Of a stretch of DNA of 64,000 bases, positions 38,468-48,441 are shown piece after piece. How positions within the stretch are numbered: the stretch's first letter is position 1; the number at the start of each line of letters is the position of its first letter. This DNA is from a bacterium (GTDB lineage Bacteria > Patescibacteriota > Patescibacteriia > UBA1558 > UBA10009). The notes beneath the pieces were generated by a model. The model worked only from the letters and a program-made list of their open reading frames with translations. It had not been told where the DNA came from and made no database searches. Location of the stretch: positions 672,977 to 736,976 of the forward strand of contig JABHGM010000001.1 in the NCBI GenBank assembly GCA_018672055.1, written 5' to 3'. The position numbers and the translations under genes were made by a program.

Positions 38468-39230
38468 TTAATATTTCAAAGCCAAATTTTTTAGAAAAAT
38501 ATCTATTTGTAAATTTATCTAAAAACTTAGTTATTCTATTAAACGCTTTACCTAGCAATTTAAATATACTATGTATATATTTTAATCTAAAAATTCCATA
38601 AGCAAAGTAAAAACCATCTTCATTAATTATTTCTAAACCAGCTTCATTATATAATCTACGTAATTCTTTCTTACTATATGATTTTTCATAACCGTAAGTA
38701 TATTCTTTTCTATGAAATAACTTATACAAAGTATGTGGTAAGTTAAATAAATTAACACCTGATACTATAATAACTCCACCTGGCTTTAAAATCTTTGTCA
38801 TTTCTTTAATAGCTTTCAAATCATTAGGTAAATGTTGTATAACTACATCGCTTATTATTAAATCAAAATAATCTTCTCTAAACTCTAAATTATATACATC
38901 TGCTTTTTTAACTTCAACATTAGTTAAATTCAATTCATTTTTTAATCTTTCGATAAATTTAACTGATGAATCAACAATATCAGTAATAGTAACTTGAGCA
39001 TCTGGAAATTCTTGAGCTATTTTTAAACCATATCTTCCAGTTCCACCACCAATTTCAATAACCCTATTAAAATTATTAGGAAAATGTTTTTTAAATACAG
39101 GATATCCTTCAATAAATAAGCGACTACTAAATATCATTTTAGGAGTAGTCTTGTCTTCTTGTTGCCATACTTTACTCCAAATATTATTTACTTGATCTTG
39201 TTTTATATGTTTTTCTTTAACCATAACCAT
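38451..39230 (-). CDS. Class I SAM-dependent methyltransferase
   Basis: VIEIGGGTGR, FDLI, LKPGG. Confidence 0.85.
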   Translation of the reverse strand: MVMVKEKHIKQDQVNNIWSKVWQQEDKTTPKMIFSSRLFIEGYPVFKKHFPNNFNRVIEIGGGTGRYGLKIAQEFPDAQVTITDIVDSSVKFIERLKNELNLTNVEVKKADVYNLEFREDYFDLIISDVVIQHLPNDLKAIKEMTKILKPGGVIIVSGVNLFNLPHTLYKLFHRKEYTYGYEKSYSKKELRRLYNEAGLEIINEDGFYFAYGIFRLKYIHSIFKLLGKAFNRITKFLDKFTNRYFSKKFGFEILIVGKK

Positions 39231-40702
39231 GATTCATAATATTTTCTACCAAATACTTTATCTAATAAATAAATTGAAATAAAATATATTATAATACCAA
39301 AAATAATATATAATACTAAAATAAAAGGATTAGTTATTAAAAATATACTTTTTAAAGTATGCATTATATTAAACATAATTAAACTTGCAATTATAGGTAA
39401 ACTAATTATATTAAAAAACCCCTTAAATCCTAATTTAATTGTATGTTTAATCTTAAAAAATAAAATTGACTGTGAAATAAGTAAACTACTAGCTACAGAT
39501 AAAGCAATACCAACAACTCCAAACATCTTGGCCAGTGGCACTATTAACGAGAACATTATAATTGATTGAATAGTTAAAATATATGTATTAATTTTAGGTT
39601 TTCCTATACCTAGAAATAATGGATTAACAATAAGTTCAAATGATCTAAGAATAGCTATTATTAATACAATGTTTAATATAGGAATCATAGCTGTCCACTT
39701 AGATCCATAAACTATATAAACAATTTCATTATTTAAAGTAAATATACCTATTAAAGCGGGAATAATGAATGCATAAAGAACTCTAAATAATCTTATAAAT
39801 GAACTTTTTAATAACTCAAGATCATTTTGAATTTTGGAAAAGAATGGAAATAAAACATTACCCATTACTTTAGATATTTCAGTTGATGGTAAAGTACCAA
39901 GTGATAAAGCTAAAGAATATAAACCAAGATCATATGTAGTAAGCAACTTACCTATCATAATAGCATCACCTTGTCTTGTGATAAAAGTAATAATTCCAGC
40001 AAGACCTATCCATTTGCCAAATTTAAATAATTGCTTAGTAACTTCTAAATTAAATTTAAATCTAGGTCTGTAAGAATGAAAAACATATGATAATATAATA
40101 TCTGCAAATTTACCAAAAGCAACACCTATTAATAATGCCCAAGGACTTCTTAAATAGAAAGCTGCTATTATTACAGCACTTATTTCAATAAATACAGCTG
40201 ATATATCATAGAAAAACTTTTTATTAAATCTCAACTCTTTATTTAATAAAATAACACCAATATTCTGGAATCCTTCAAAAAATACTATAATAGCTAAAAC
40301 CTTTATAAAAGGTATAACATTTATATTATTAAAAAATCCAGCTGCCAAATTAGGAGCTATAAAAAATAGAACTAAAGCAACTAAAGTATTACGTAAAATA
40401 TTTACAGTCCATGCTCCATTTAAATACTTACTATTTGATTCTTTATGATGAACTAATGCAGTATTAAAACCATGTTGAAATATTGTTCCGACAAATGTCA
40501 TTGTTAAACTTGCTAAACCGAATAAACCAAAATCTTCAGGAAATAAAAGTCTAGCCAAAATTATAGTTTTAATAAGTTGTAAACTTTTAATTAATACTCG
40601 GCTTAATAATACTAAAATACTGCCACGTGCAACCTGTTGACCAGTGTCATCAGTAGTTTTCCAAATATTAAAAAACCTATTTTTTAAATCTTTAAGCTTC
40701 AT
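39203..40702 (-). CDS. WzxC-like polysaccharide flippase
   Basis: ILARLL.PEDFGL, LGLYSLA, VLFP.FSKIQ, KW...IP.L. Confidence 0.88.
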   Translation of the reverse strand: MKLKDLKNRFFNIWKTTDDTGQQVARGSILVLLSRVLIKSLQLIKTIILARLLFPEDFGLFGLASLTMTFVGTIFQHGFNTALVHHKESNSKYLNGAWTVNILRNTLVALVLFFIAPNLAAGFFNNINVIPFIKVLAIIVFFEGFQNIGVILLNKELRFNKKFFYDISAVFIEISAVIIAAFYLRSPWALLIGVAFGKFADIILSYVFHSYRPRFKFNLEVTKQLFKFGKWIGLAGIITFITRQGDAIMIGKLLTTYDLGLYSLALSLGTLPSTEISKVMGNVLFPFFSKIQNDLELLKSSFIRLFRVLYAFIIPALIGIFTLNNEIVYIVYGSKWTAMIPILNIVLIIAILRSFELIVNPLFLGIGKPKINTYILTIQSIIMFSLIVPLAKMFGVVGIALSVASSLLISQSILFFKIKHTIKLGFKGFFNIISLPIIASLIMFNIMHTLKSIFLITNPFILVLYIIFGIIIYFISIYLLDKVFGRKYYESWLWLKKNI

Positions 40703-41738
40703 TTTTTAATTGTTTTCTTTCATTTATAAATTCTATTCTGTTTTCTGGACAAATACTACACATACGATTTTGTCCACGATTAGTATTGATTTGATTTCTT
40801 AATTTATTATACCTACTACCTTTCCAGATTTTTTTAAGTGATGTTTCAAATACATTACCCATAATATATTGAGAAAATAAATCATAACAACAAGGTACTA
40901 CATCACCATTAACATTAATTGCTGCTACACCTAATACTTGATCACAATGATTTGTAATTTTACCCTTTAATATAAACTGATCATTTTCATCTTTCTCATA
41001 ACGACTAAACTTTTGATCATTTGGTAAAAATTTCTTAGCCATCAGCTGCATATCTGGTGTATCATAAAGAAATATAGTTTTAGCAGCAAAGATATCTACA
41101 CCTAATTCCTTAGCAAATTCTTCCATTCTTTCTTTTTGATGCTCATTATGTTTCATTACTAAAAACTGTAATTCAATTTTAGGTAACTTTGAATTAGCTT
41201 TTTTCTTTGTAGCCATCATCATTTTAATATTATTTACTTCATTTTCGTAATTAGCACCTACTCTATACTGTTCTAATGTTTCTTGGTCTAAACCATCTAA
41301 ACTAATTATTAAATGTTTTAATTTACTTTCAATTATTCCATCACATAACTCTTGTTTATCTAATAATTGAGCATTAGTACTCATCTTTACATTAATTCCA
41401 GCATCAGTTGCATACTTTGCCATTTTAAACACCTCATCATTTAATAATGGTTCACCATAGTTAAATAAAAACATCTTATTAACATAACCTCTTACTTGAT
41501 CAATAATATACTTAAATCTATCAAAACTCATTAGTTCTGGTTTTCTATTTAGTCTACCTGAACCCGTTGGACATAAAGGACATCTTAAATTACAATAATT
41601 TACTGGTTCAACAAGTAAAGTAAAAGGAAGAGGCGGTACCATATCTTTAACTCCAAGTTTTCTTAGTAACTTAAACCAGAATAAATCAAATTTACCTTGT
41701 ATTAATAACTTAATAGCATTCTTTATTTTATTTATCAT
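40692..41738 (-). CDS. Radical SAM protein with SPASM/twitch domain
   Basis: CNLRCPLC, NYGEPLL, SLDG, C...GDVVPCC...GN...CSIC. Confidence 0.9.
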   Translation of the reverse strand: MINKIKNAIKLLIQGKFDLFWFKLLRKLGVKDMVPPLPFTLLVEPVNYCNLRCPLCPTGSGRLNRKPELMSFDRFKYIIDQVRGYVNKMFLFNYGEPLLNDEVFKMAKYATDAGINVKMSTNAQLLDKQELCDGIIESKLKHLIISLDGLDQETLEQYRVGANYENEVNNIKMMMATKKKANSKLPKIELQFLVMKHNEHQKERMEEFAKELGVDIFAAKTIFLYDTPDMQLMAKKFLPNDQKFSRYEKDENDQFILKGKITNHCDQVLGVAAINVNGDVVPCCYDLFSQYIMGNVFETSLKKIWKGSRYNKLRNQINTNRGQNRMCSICPENRIEFINERKQLKNEA

Positions 41739-42643
41739 ATTAATATATCATTTATTTTTAATTTATTAGTTGACTCATAGTCATTTATTATTAGTAATCC
41801 ATCTTTTAACTTAATAACTGGTTTATCATCTATTACTTTTACTACTTCACCTATTTTACCATCTATATCCTCTTCATGTATTAAAGCTTTCCAAATAGTA
41901 ACTTTATTCTCTTTATTATAGCAGAAAGCGCCAGGAAATGGTTTAGTAACACCTCTAATTAAATTATATATTTCTCTTAACGTATTATTAAAATCAATTT
42001 TACCATCAGAAGGAGTTCGTTTAGGATAGTATGTTGACTTACCAGACTGCTTAGTTAATTTAATATTATTCTCTTTATATGCAGTTAATAGTTCTTTTAA
42101 TTGAACTTTAGCAGTTTCAATAGATTTTTCTTGTAGATTTGATATATCATCTAACTCTTCAATATTAAAATCCATAATATTAAATATAGGGCCTTCATCA
42201 GCACCAGTACCATATTTAAATAAATGATTATGAATTACTTTTCTATCTTCGATAATAGACCAATTAAGTGGTGACCTACCTTTACCTTCTGGTAAATACT
42301 TAGAACTACCATGAAAACCAAATACACCTGACTCAAATTTACTTAATATATTATCTGGTATTAAACGTTGCCAACCATATGATATTCCTATACTAAATTC
42401 ATTTGAATTAAAAAATTCTAAATCCTTTTTATCTTTTAGCTCATAATCATTTAATGCCAAATATTCAATATTATATTTAGAAGCTATACCTCTTAAATTC
42501 TGAAAACCTGATATATGATGCTTTTTAACACACTCTTCATCTAAAGAAACTAATAGATCTATTTTATAGCCTTCACTAATTAAATAATCAATTACTTTCG
42601 AAGAAGTACTCTTAACACCAAAAAATGTAATATTATATTTCAT
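41735..42643 (-). CDS. Sugar N-formyltransferase (Fmt/ArnA-N fold)
   Basis: GWQRLIP, FHGS..LP.GKGRSPLNW, D.GPI, KRTPSDG.ID, IRGVTKPFPGAF. Confidence 0.85.
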   Translation of the reverse strand: MKYNITFFGVKSTSSKVIDYLISEGYKIDLLVSLDEECVKKHHISGFQNLRGIASKYNIEYLALNDYELKDKKDLEFFNSNEFSIGISYGWQRLIPDNILSKFESGVFGFHGSSKYLPEGKGRSPLNWSIIEDRKVIHNHLFKYGTGADEGPIFNIMDFNIEELDDISNLQEKSIETAKVQLKELLTAYKENNIKLTKQSGKSTYYPKRTPSDGKIDFNNTLREIYNLIRGVTKPFPGAFCYNKENKVTIWKALIHEEDIDGKIGEVVKVIDDKPVIKLKDGLLIINDYESTNKLKINDILI

Positions 42644-42645
42644 AA

Positions 42646-43407
42646 CTATTTATATAACTTTCTGAAACTTTGACAATCATGTTTCATAGTTTCAATAAAC
42701 TCTGTACTCTTTTGTTTAATTAAAATATCAAAAGCATCTAAATTTTCCTTATACCCTTCATTTGACCATTCATATGCGTGTGTCAATAACTGAGCTTTTT
42801 TAATATCATCATTAATCATATCTAGTGGATAGCCATAAGGCCATCTTTTTTCTGGTAACTTATTTGATTCAGCTAAATACAAAACATCTAATTTTTTATC
42901 TGCATCATCACCATTATATGTAAAGAACTCACTATTATATGGATTAATTATCCCTTCAATCCTAATATCTTTCTCTAAGACAGCTACTGGTGGTCTATGA
43001 TATGAAAAACGATCAATCTTCATGCCTAAACCATTTTCCATAACTTCAATTTCATTTTTAATTATTTTAGCGTAATCATTACCAGTTTTACTTTCTAAAT
43101 AAATATGTAAACCAATCTTATGACCTAATTTATGAATTTCATTTATTAAATCATGATTACTCTTTGAGAATATATTATATGCATTATTTCTAAGTTGAAC
43201 AAAGTAACTTGTTGAAATTCCCATTTCATTTGCTTCAAACTTTGCAAATTCATAGGCTCTTTCTATTGAAAACTCAACATCATGTCTTAAAACTAAAAAC
43301 TTTTCAGTTTCTTTATTAATCTCTGAATAATCCATTAAAGGTAAATACTTAGTAAGCCCTTCAATTATATTTTTATATTCTCCATACGAGAATGATTCTT
43401 TAAGCAT
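42646..43407 (-). CDS. Polysaccharide deacetylase-like (NodB/WbmS-type) protein
   Basis: LRHDVE, STSYF, GHKIGLH, FSYHRP, QLLTH. Confidence 0.65.
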   Translation of the reverse strand: MLKESFSYGEYKNIIEGLTKYLPLMDYSEINKETEKFLVLRHDVEFSIERAYEFAKFEANEMGISTSYFVQLRNNAYNIFSKSNHDLINEIHKLGHKIGLHIYLESKTGNDYAKIIKNEIEVMENGLGMKIDRFSYHRPPVAVLEKDIRIEGIINPYNSEFFTYNGDDADKKLDVLYLAESNKLPEKRWPYGYPLDMINDDIKKAQLLTHAYEWSNEGYKENLDAFDILIKQKSTEFIETMKHDCQSFRKLYK

Positions 43408-43409
43408 AA

Positions 43410-44270
43410 TTATTTATTTATAATTATTAAGTAATGTAATATATATCTTAATTTAAATATATTCTTAAACCAAGCTTTTTTAAAATATGTTCTAGCATTT
43501 AAATAATCTTTATTTTCTCTATAAAATAAAGCAAGTTGAAAATAATGTTTAGCTAGAATTTTTGGTATAGTATTATATTCATCAATATATTTTTCTATAA
43601 TCATTTTTCTACCACTTATCTTTTTTACTATATTACTACCAATATGATCATGTCCTTCTTTCATATTTAAATAAACTAAAGGTTTGTTAACTCCTAAACC
43701 TTTAAATTTTCTAGTTACTCTTATCATTAAATCAGGCTCTTGATGACTAACAAAGTTTATATCAAAATTACCAACTTCATCAAATACATATTTCTTAATA
43801 ATTAAAGTAACTGTTAAAAACCCTTTAAATCTTCTTAAGACAAGCTCATGATAATCAGCAACTCCTTCAGAAACTGAAGTATTTTTTTTATTATTATTTC
43901 CATAATCACACTCAACAGCACAAAAACAAAATCCAACATCTCTTCCTGTCTTTTCAAATTCTTTCATCTGTATTTCTAATTTATTTTCAAACCAAGCATC
44001 ATCATCATCTAAAAATGCAATATATTCACCTCTAGCATGTTTAAGACCCGTATTTCTAGCTGCTCCACCACCTTTATTTACTTCATGTTGAACATATTTA
44101 ACTCTTTTGTCATCTATCTCATTAATTACTGATTCTGCTCTAATATCCACACCATCATCAACTACAATAACTTCTAAATCAGTATATGTTTGATTTAAAA
44201 CAGAAAGCACAGAATCTTTAATTAATTCTGGTCTATTAAATGTTGGGATTATAACAGAAACTTTAGGCAT
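43410..44270 (-). CDS. GT2 glycosyltransferase
   Basis: VSVIIPTFNR, VVDDG, ARNTG, AFLDDDD. Confidence 0.92.
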   Translation of the reverse strand: MPKVSVIIPTFNRPELIKDSVLSVLNQTYTDLEVIVVDDGVDIRAESVINEIDDKRVKYVQHEVNKGGGAARNTGLKHARGEYIAFLDDDDAWFENKLEIQMKEFEKTGRDVGFCFCAVECDYGNNNKKNTSVSEGVADYHELVLRRFKGFLTVTLIIKKYVFDEVGNFDINFVSHQEPDLMIRVTRKFKGLGVNKPLVYLNMKEGHDHIGSNIVKKISGRKMIIEKYIDEYNTIPKILAKHYFQLALFYRENKDYLNARTYFKKAWFKNIFKLRYILHYLIIINK

Positions 44271-45276
44271 GTTTTAAAATATTTTCTAATTTATTAGTTT
44301 GGTCTTGCCACTTAGGCATACTTAAAATATGATTATAGCCATTCTCAGCAATTTGCTCTCTTAAATCTTTATCTTTTACCAATAGTTCTAATTTATCTCT
44401 TAAATCATTCTGATCTTTTCTGCTAGCTACCATAGCTGTTTTATTTTCAAAAGCATAATCTCTTGATCCACCATTGTCATATGTTACTAAAGCACATTTA
44501 CAAGCCATAGCTTCCATTGAAGGAAGTCCAGAACCTTCATCCCATGATGGGCATAAAAAGATATTACAACTTGAATAAAGATCTTTTAATTTGCTTTGAG
44601 ATAAATTATAGTGATATTCATCACATGGTATATCTATATCTTTTTTTCTAACCCCAAATAATACTAGTTCAATATGAGGATAATTATTTTTTAAATCATT
44701 TACTATTTTAATACCAACCTTAGAACCTTTCCAATCATAATCATGATGTAGTAACAATATTCTTACTTTATTTAAATCTCTTTTACTTTTAACTTTATGA
44801 AATTGATTTAAATCTATAGGATTTAATAATAGCTCAGAATCTTGATTAAAATCATTTTTAACTATTCCTTTAAGCCAAGTAGATACAACTATTTTTTTAA
44901 ATGGCAAATTAAATACTTTTTCAACTTCTTCTTTATTACCATGATATAATCTTTCATCATGTTGAATAAAATGAATTTTCTTTCCTTTTAACTTATTAAT
45001 ATCATTTACATTATTCCAAGCAGAGGCGATTATAACATCAGACTCAGGAATATATTTATCACTAATTTCTTTTACTTTTATTATTCTACCTTTAAACTCT
45101 TTGAACCATTTAGGTTTATGTAAAATTAAATTTGAAATATTTCTGGTTAAAAAGCGTGAGTTCTTTACAATTACTTTTACCTTATAACCACGTTCAGCTA
45201 AAAAATGAGCATACATTAATATAATACGTACACCTCCAGATATTTTTAAATGTGGTAATAAAAAATTAATTCTCAT
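44263..45276 (-). CDS. GT4 glycosyltransferase
   Basis: SGGVR, KG, EGSGLPSMEAMAC. Confidence 0.88.
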   Translation of the reverse strand: MRINFLLPHLKISGGVRIILMYAHFLAERGYKVKVIVKNSRFLTRNISNLILHKPKWFKEFKGRIIKVKEISDKYIPESDVIIASAWNNVNDINKLKGKKIHFIQHDERLYHGNKEEVEKVFNLPFKKIVVSTWLKGIVKNDFNQDSELLLNPIDLNQFHKVKSKRDLNKVRILLLHHDYDWKGSKVGIKIVNDLKNNYPHIELVLFGVRKKDIDIPCDEYHYNLSQSKLKDLYSSCNIFLCPSWDEGSGLPSMEAMACKCALVTYDNGGSRDYAFENKTAMVASRKDQNDLRDKLELLVKDKDLREQIAENGYNHILSMPKWQDQTNKLENILKHA

Positions 45277-46304
45277 AACTCATTTATTAATTTATTTACT
45301 ATTATCTTTGATAAACACTTTTCTTTAAACAATTTATATCCATTATCAGCTATATCTCCTCTTAACTTACTATCATTCCTAAGTAATAGTATTTTTTCTA
45401 CTAAATCTTTACTATCTGCCTGATTACATAATAATATATTTTCTTTATCTTTAAATAATTCATTAATTGCAGGAGTATTAGCAGTAATAACTGCCTTTTG
45501 CATAGCTATTGCTTCATATACTTTATTTGGTATTACTCTAGTTGTTTTTTGACCCTTTCCAAATATACCTAAACAAATATCAGATTGACTAATATACTTT
45601 GTTAAATCGGAATATGATTGCTTCGAAATAAAATTTATATTATTTACATCTAACTTACTAGCTAGTTTAATTATTTTATCATGTTCTTGCCCAGAACCAA
45701 CTAAATTAAATTTAATATCCTTATATTCTTCTAAAGCTTTAGCTGCTTCAATAATATATTCTATTCCTTGCAATGGAATATATTTACCATGGAAATGAAT
45801 TACAAAACTATTACTTTGTTCTTTAACTTTTGGCAAAAAAACAGATTCATCACTACCAACTAATACTTTAATATATTTATTTCCTCCAAAAGTCGTTTTA
45901 AAATATTTAATATGCTCATTTGTATCAAGTAATACTTTATTTGCTAACTTAATACTTAACCAATCAAGCAACCAATAATACTTAGATTTAAAACTATTTC
46001 TAGAAACTAACTTCTTATCATTAACCCAAGAATCATATAATGAATAAAAAGCATCCCAAATAATTGGTTTATTACTTATTAACTTAGCAATAGGTACCAT
46101 AAATTGATTATCTGAATAACCAACTATTAATTGATCGTATTTATTTTCAACATCTTTATGTTTATTAATTAACTCTTTAATACTCTTAGCATTAACAAAA
46201 AGTACTTCTATATTATTCTCCTTAAAACCTTTTATTAAAACTCTATTCCTAGAATAATTAGGATCAAAATCTCCAAAATAACATATTGTATTTATACTAC
46301 TCAT
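45273..46304 (-). CDS. GT4 glycosyltransferase
   Basis: Y.RNRV, FHG.YIPLQG, DICLGIFG, VIPNKVYEA. Confidence 0.88.
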   Translation of the reverse strand: MSSINTICYFGDFDPNYSRNRVLIKGFKENNIEVLFVNAKSIKELINKHKDVENKYDQLIVGYSDNQFMVPIAKLISNKPIIWDAFYSLYDSWVNDKKLVSRNSFKSKYYWLLDWLSIKLANKVLLDTNEHIKYFKTTFGGNKYIKVLVGSDESVFLPKVKEQSNSFVIHFHGKYIPLQGIEYIIEAAKALEEYKDIKFNLVGSGQEHDKIIKLASKLDVNNINFISKQSYSDLTKYISQSDICLGIFGKGQKTTRVIPNKVYEAIAMQKAVITANTPAINELFKDKENILLCNQADSKDLVEKILLLRNDSKLRGDIADNGYKLFKEKCLSKIIVNKLINEL

Positions 46305-47743
46305 TAATTTGCTTCTTTCTTTTTAATAAAAAACGATAGTAAAGCTTTAAAACCAGATGATAATATCTTTAAATCATCAAGTGATCTTATGCTAAGTAAT
46401 TTTTTAAAAATATACTTAGGTCTAAAGTAGAATCTTCGATACATGTGCTTATACAACTTCTTAATTTCATCAGCTGTTAAATTTTCTAATCTCATAACTG
46501 GCTTAGCTAAAGTGTAATCATCCCATTCATAGGTTAAAATTAAATCTTTAGACTTTGCCCAATCAAACATATCAGTTCCAGGAAAAGGTGTAGTAATATT
46601 TACAACAATTAAATCTGGATCCATTTTAATTGCAAACTTAGTATTTTTCTTTAAAATTTCCATATTATCTCCAGGGTTACCTACCATAAATGCTAAACGA
46701 CATTCTATACCAACTTGCTTAGTCCATTTAACTGCATTTTTAACTTGATCAATATTTATTTTCTTATTTATATTTCTTAAAACGCCTTCATCAACATTTT
46801 CTACACCATACATAATCTGATGGCAGCCAGAATCTTTCATCTTCTGAAGCATTTCTTTATCAATAAAATCTACTCTAGCAAAACAAGTCCATGATATATC
46901 AATATTATTTTCAAGTAATAGATCACATAACTTAACTACATTCTCTTTAAAAACAGTAAATGTATCATCATAGAAAAGTATTTGCTTTATGCCCCAATTA
47001 TCTATTAAATACTTAATCTCTTTAAATATAACCTCAGCTGATTTAAAAACTAATATATTACCTAAAGTCTTACTACAAAAAGTACATCTTCCAGGACAGC
47101 CACGTGAAGTCATCATGCTCATTGCTGGTAACCTTTTATATGAGCCTTTAGCTGGCTTATACTTTAGAACTGGTAATAAATCATATGCAGGAATTGGTAA
47201 TTCATCTAGCTTCATTATTCTATTTCTTGGCTTATTCTTAATTACTTCACCATCTTTCTTGTAAACAATGCCATCTATTTCTGAAAGTTCTTTTCCTTTA
47301 ACTATTTCAGTAACAGTTAATTCACCTTCACCAATTACTACAATATCAACACTTTCTTTAGCAATAACTTCATCAGTTACAAAAGTAGCATGAACTCCAC
47401 CAAACATTACTACAGCATCAGGATAATATTTTTTACATATCTCAGAAATTAAATATGCCTTTTTTATTGTACAAGTCATAGCAGTTAATCCAATATATTT
47501 AATTGACTCATACTTATTAACAAATTCTTTCTCAAAATACTCAGAAAATGATTCAACAGAAGGAGAATATACATTACAATCAACTATCTTAACTGAAAGA
47601 TCTTGCTCTCTTAAATAACCAGCAATAAAAGCTAATCCAAGAGGTGGAAAATTTGAATTAATTTCCTTCCATATATTTTCCTTATCTTCGTAAAATATGG
47701 GAGGAGATATTAATAAGCAATCAAGTTGTTTCTTCTCATTCAT
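46304..47743 (-). CDS. Cobalamin-binding radical SAM protein
   Basis: PPLGLAFIA, GGVHAT, GEGE, TSRGCPGRCTFC, FYDDTF, GVEN, TPFPGT. Confidence 0.9.
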   Translation of the reverse strand: MNEKKQLDCLLISPPIFYEDKENIWKEINSNFPPLGLAFIAGYLREQDLSVKIVDCNVYSPSVESFSEYFEKEFVNKYESIKYIGLTAMTCTIKKAYLISEICKKYYPDAVVMFGGVHATFVTDEVIAKESVDIVVIGEGELTVTEIVKGKELSEIDGIVYKKDGEVIKNKPRNRIMKLDELPIPAYDLLPVLKYKPAKGSYKRLPAMSMMTSRGCPGRCTFCSKTLGNILVFKSAEVIFKEIKYLIDNWGIKQILFYDDTFTVFKENVVKLCDLLLENNIDISWTCFARVDFIDKEMLQKMKDSGCHQIMYGVENVDEGVLRNINKKINIDQVKNAVKWTKQVGIECRLAFMVGNPGDNMEILKKNTKFAIKMDPDLIVVNITTPFPGTDMFDWAKSKDLILTYEWDDYTLAKPVMRLENLTADEIKKLYKHMYRRFYFRPKYIFKKLLSIRSLDDLKILSSGFKALLSFFIKKKEAN

Positions 47744-48441
47744 TATTTAAATAAATTATATTTTATAATATGCCAAAATGCAGCAATACCATCTTTCCAA
47801 TTGATCTTTTTACCCTCTTCATATGTTCTACCATAATATGAGATACCAACTTCATAAATTCTGAACTTACCTTTAGAAACAAGAGCTGTTATTTGAGGTT
47901 CAATACCAAATTTCTGAGCACTTAACCTATCTTTTAAATAATCAATTGCTTGCCTATTAAATGCCTTATAGCAAGTTTCCATATCAGTTAAAGTTAAATT
48001 AGTAAGCATATTAGAAAATGTAGTCAGCACTCTATTCCCTACTGAATGCCAGAAATACAAGACACGATGTGGTTTACTACTAATAAAACGTGAACCATAT
48101 ACAACATCAGCTTTATTTTCTAAAATTGGACTTAAAACATCAATGTATTCTTTAGGATCATATTCTAAATCAGCATCTTGAATTATTAAGATATCCCCTG
48201 TTGCTTCTTTAAAACCCAGAGTAATTGCAGAACCTTTACCACCATTTTCATCTTTCAGTATAACTTTATACTGATCCGTAAGCATTTTTAATATATCTCG
48301 AGTACCATCAGTTGATTTATCATCAATAATTATTATTTCTTTTTCAATATCTGGAAGTTCAACAGACTCTACTAATTTAAGTAATTTATTAATAGTATTT
48401 TTTTCATTATATACAGGAATTATAATTGATAGTTTTTTCAT
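47743..48441 (-). CDS. GT2 polyprenol-phosphate glycosyltransferase (DPM1-like)
   Basis: IPVYNE, IQDADLEYDP, VYGSRF, TDMETCYK, EGKKI.WKDG. Confidence 0.9.
   Translation of the reverse strand: MKKLSIIIPVYNEKNTINKLLKLVESVELPDIEKEIIIIDDKSTDGTRDILKMLTDQYKVILKDENGGKGSAITLGFKEATGDILIIQDADLEYDPKEYIDVLSPILENKADVVYGSRFISSKPHRVLYFWHSVGNRVLTTFSNMLTNLTLTDMETCYKAFNRQAIDYLKDRLSAQKFGIEPQITALVSKGKFRIYEVGISYYGRTYEEGKKINWKDGIAAFWHIIKYNLFK

Noticed and set aside
41735-42643. Methionyl-tRNA formyltransferase (fmt)
   Set aside because: Glycan-locus context, no GTPxFA N-terminus, and ArnA-like KRTPxDG and PFPGAF motifs favour a sugar formyltransferase.
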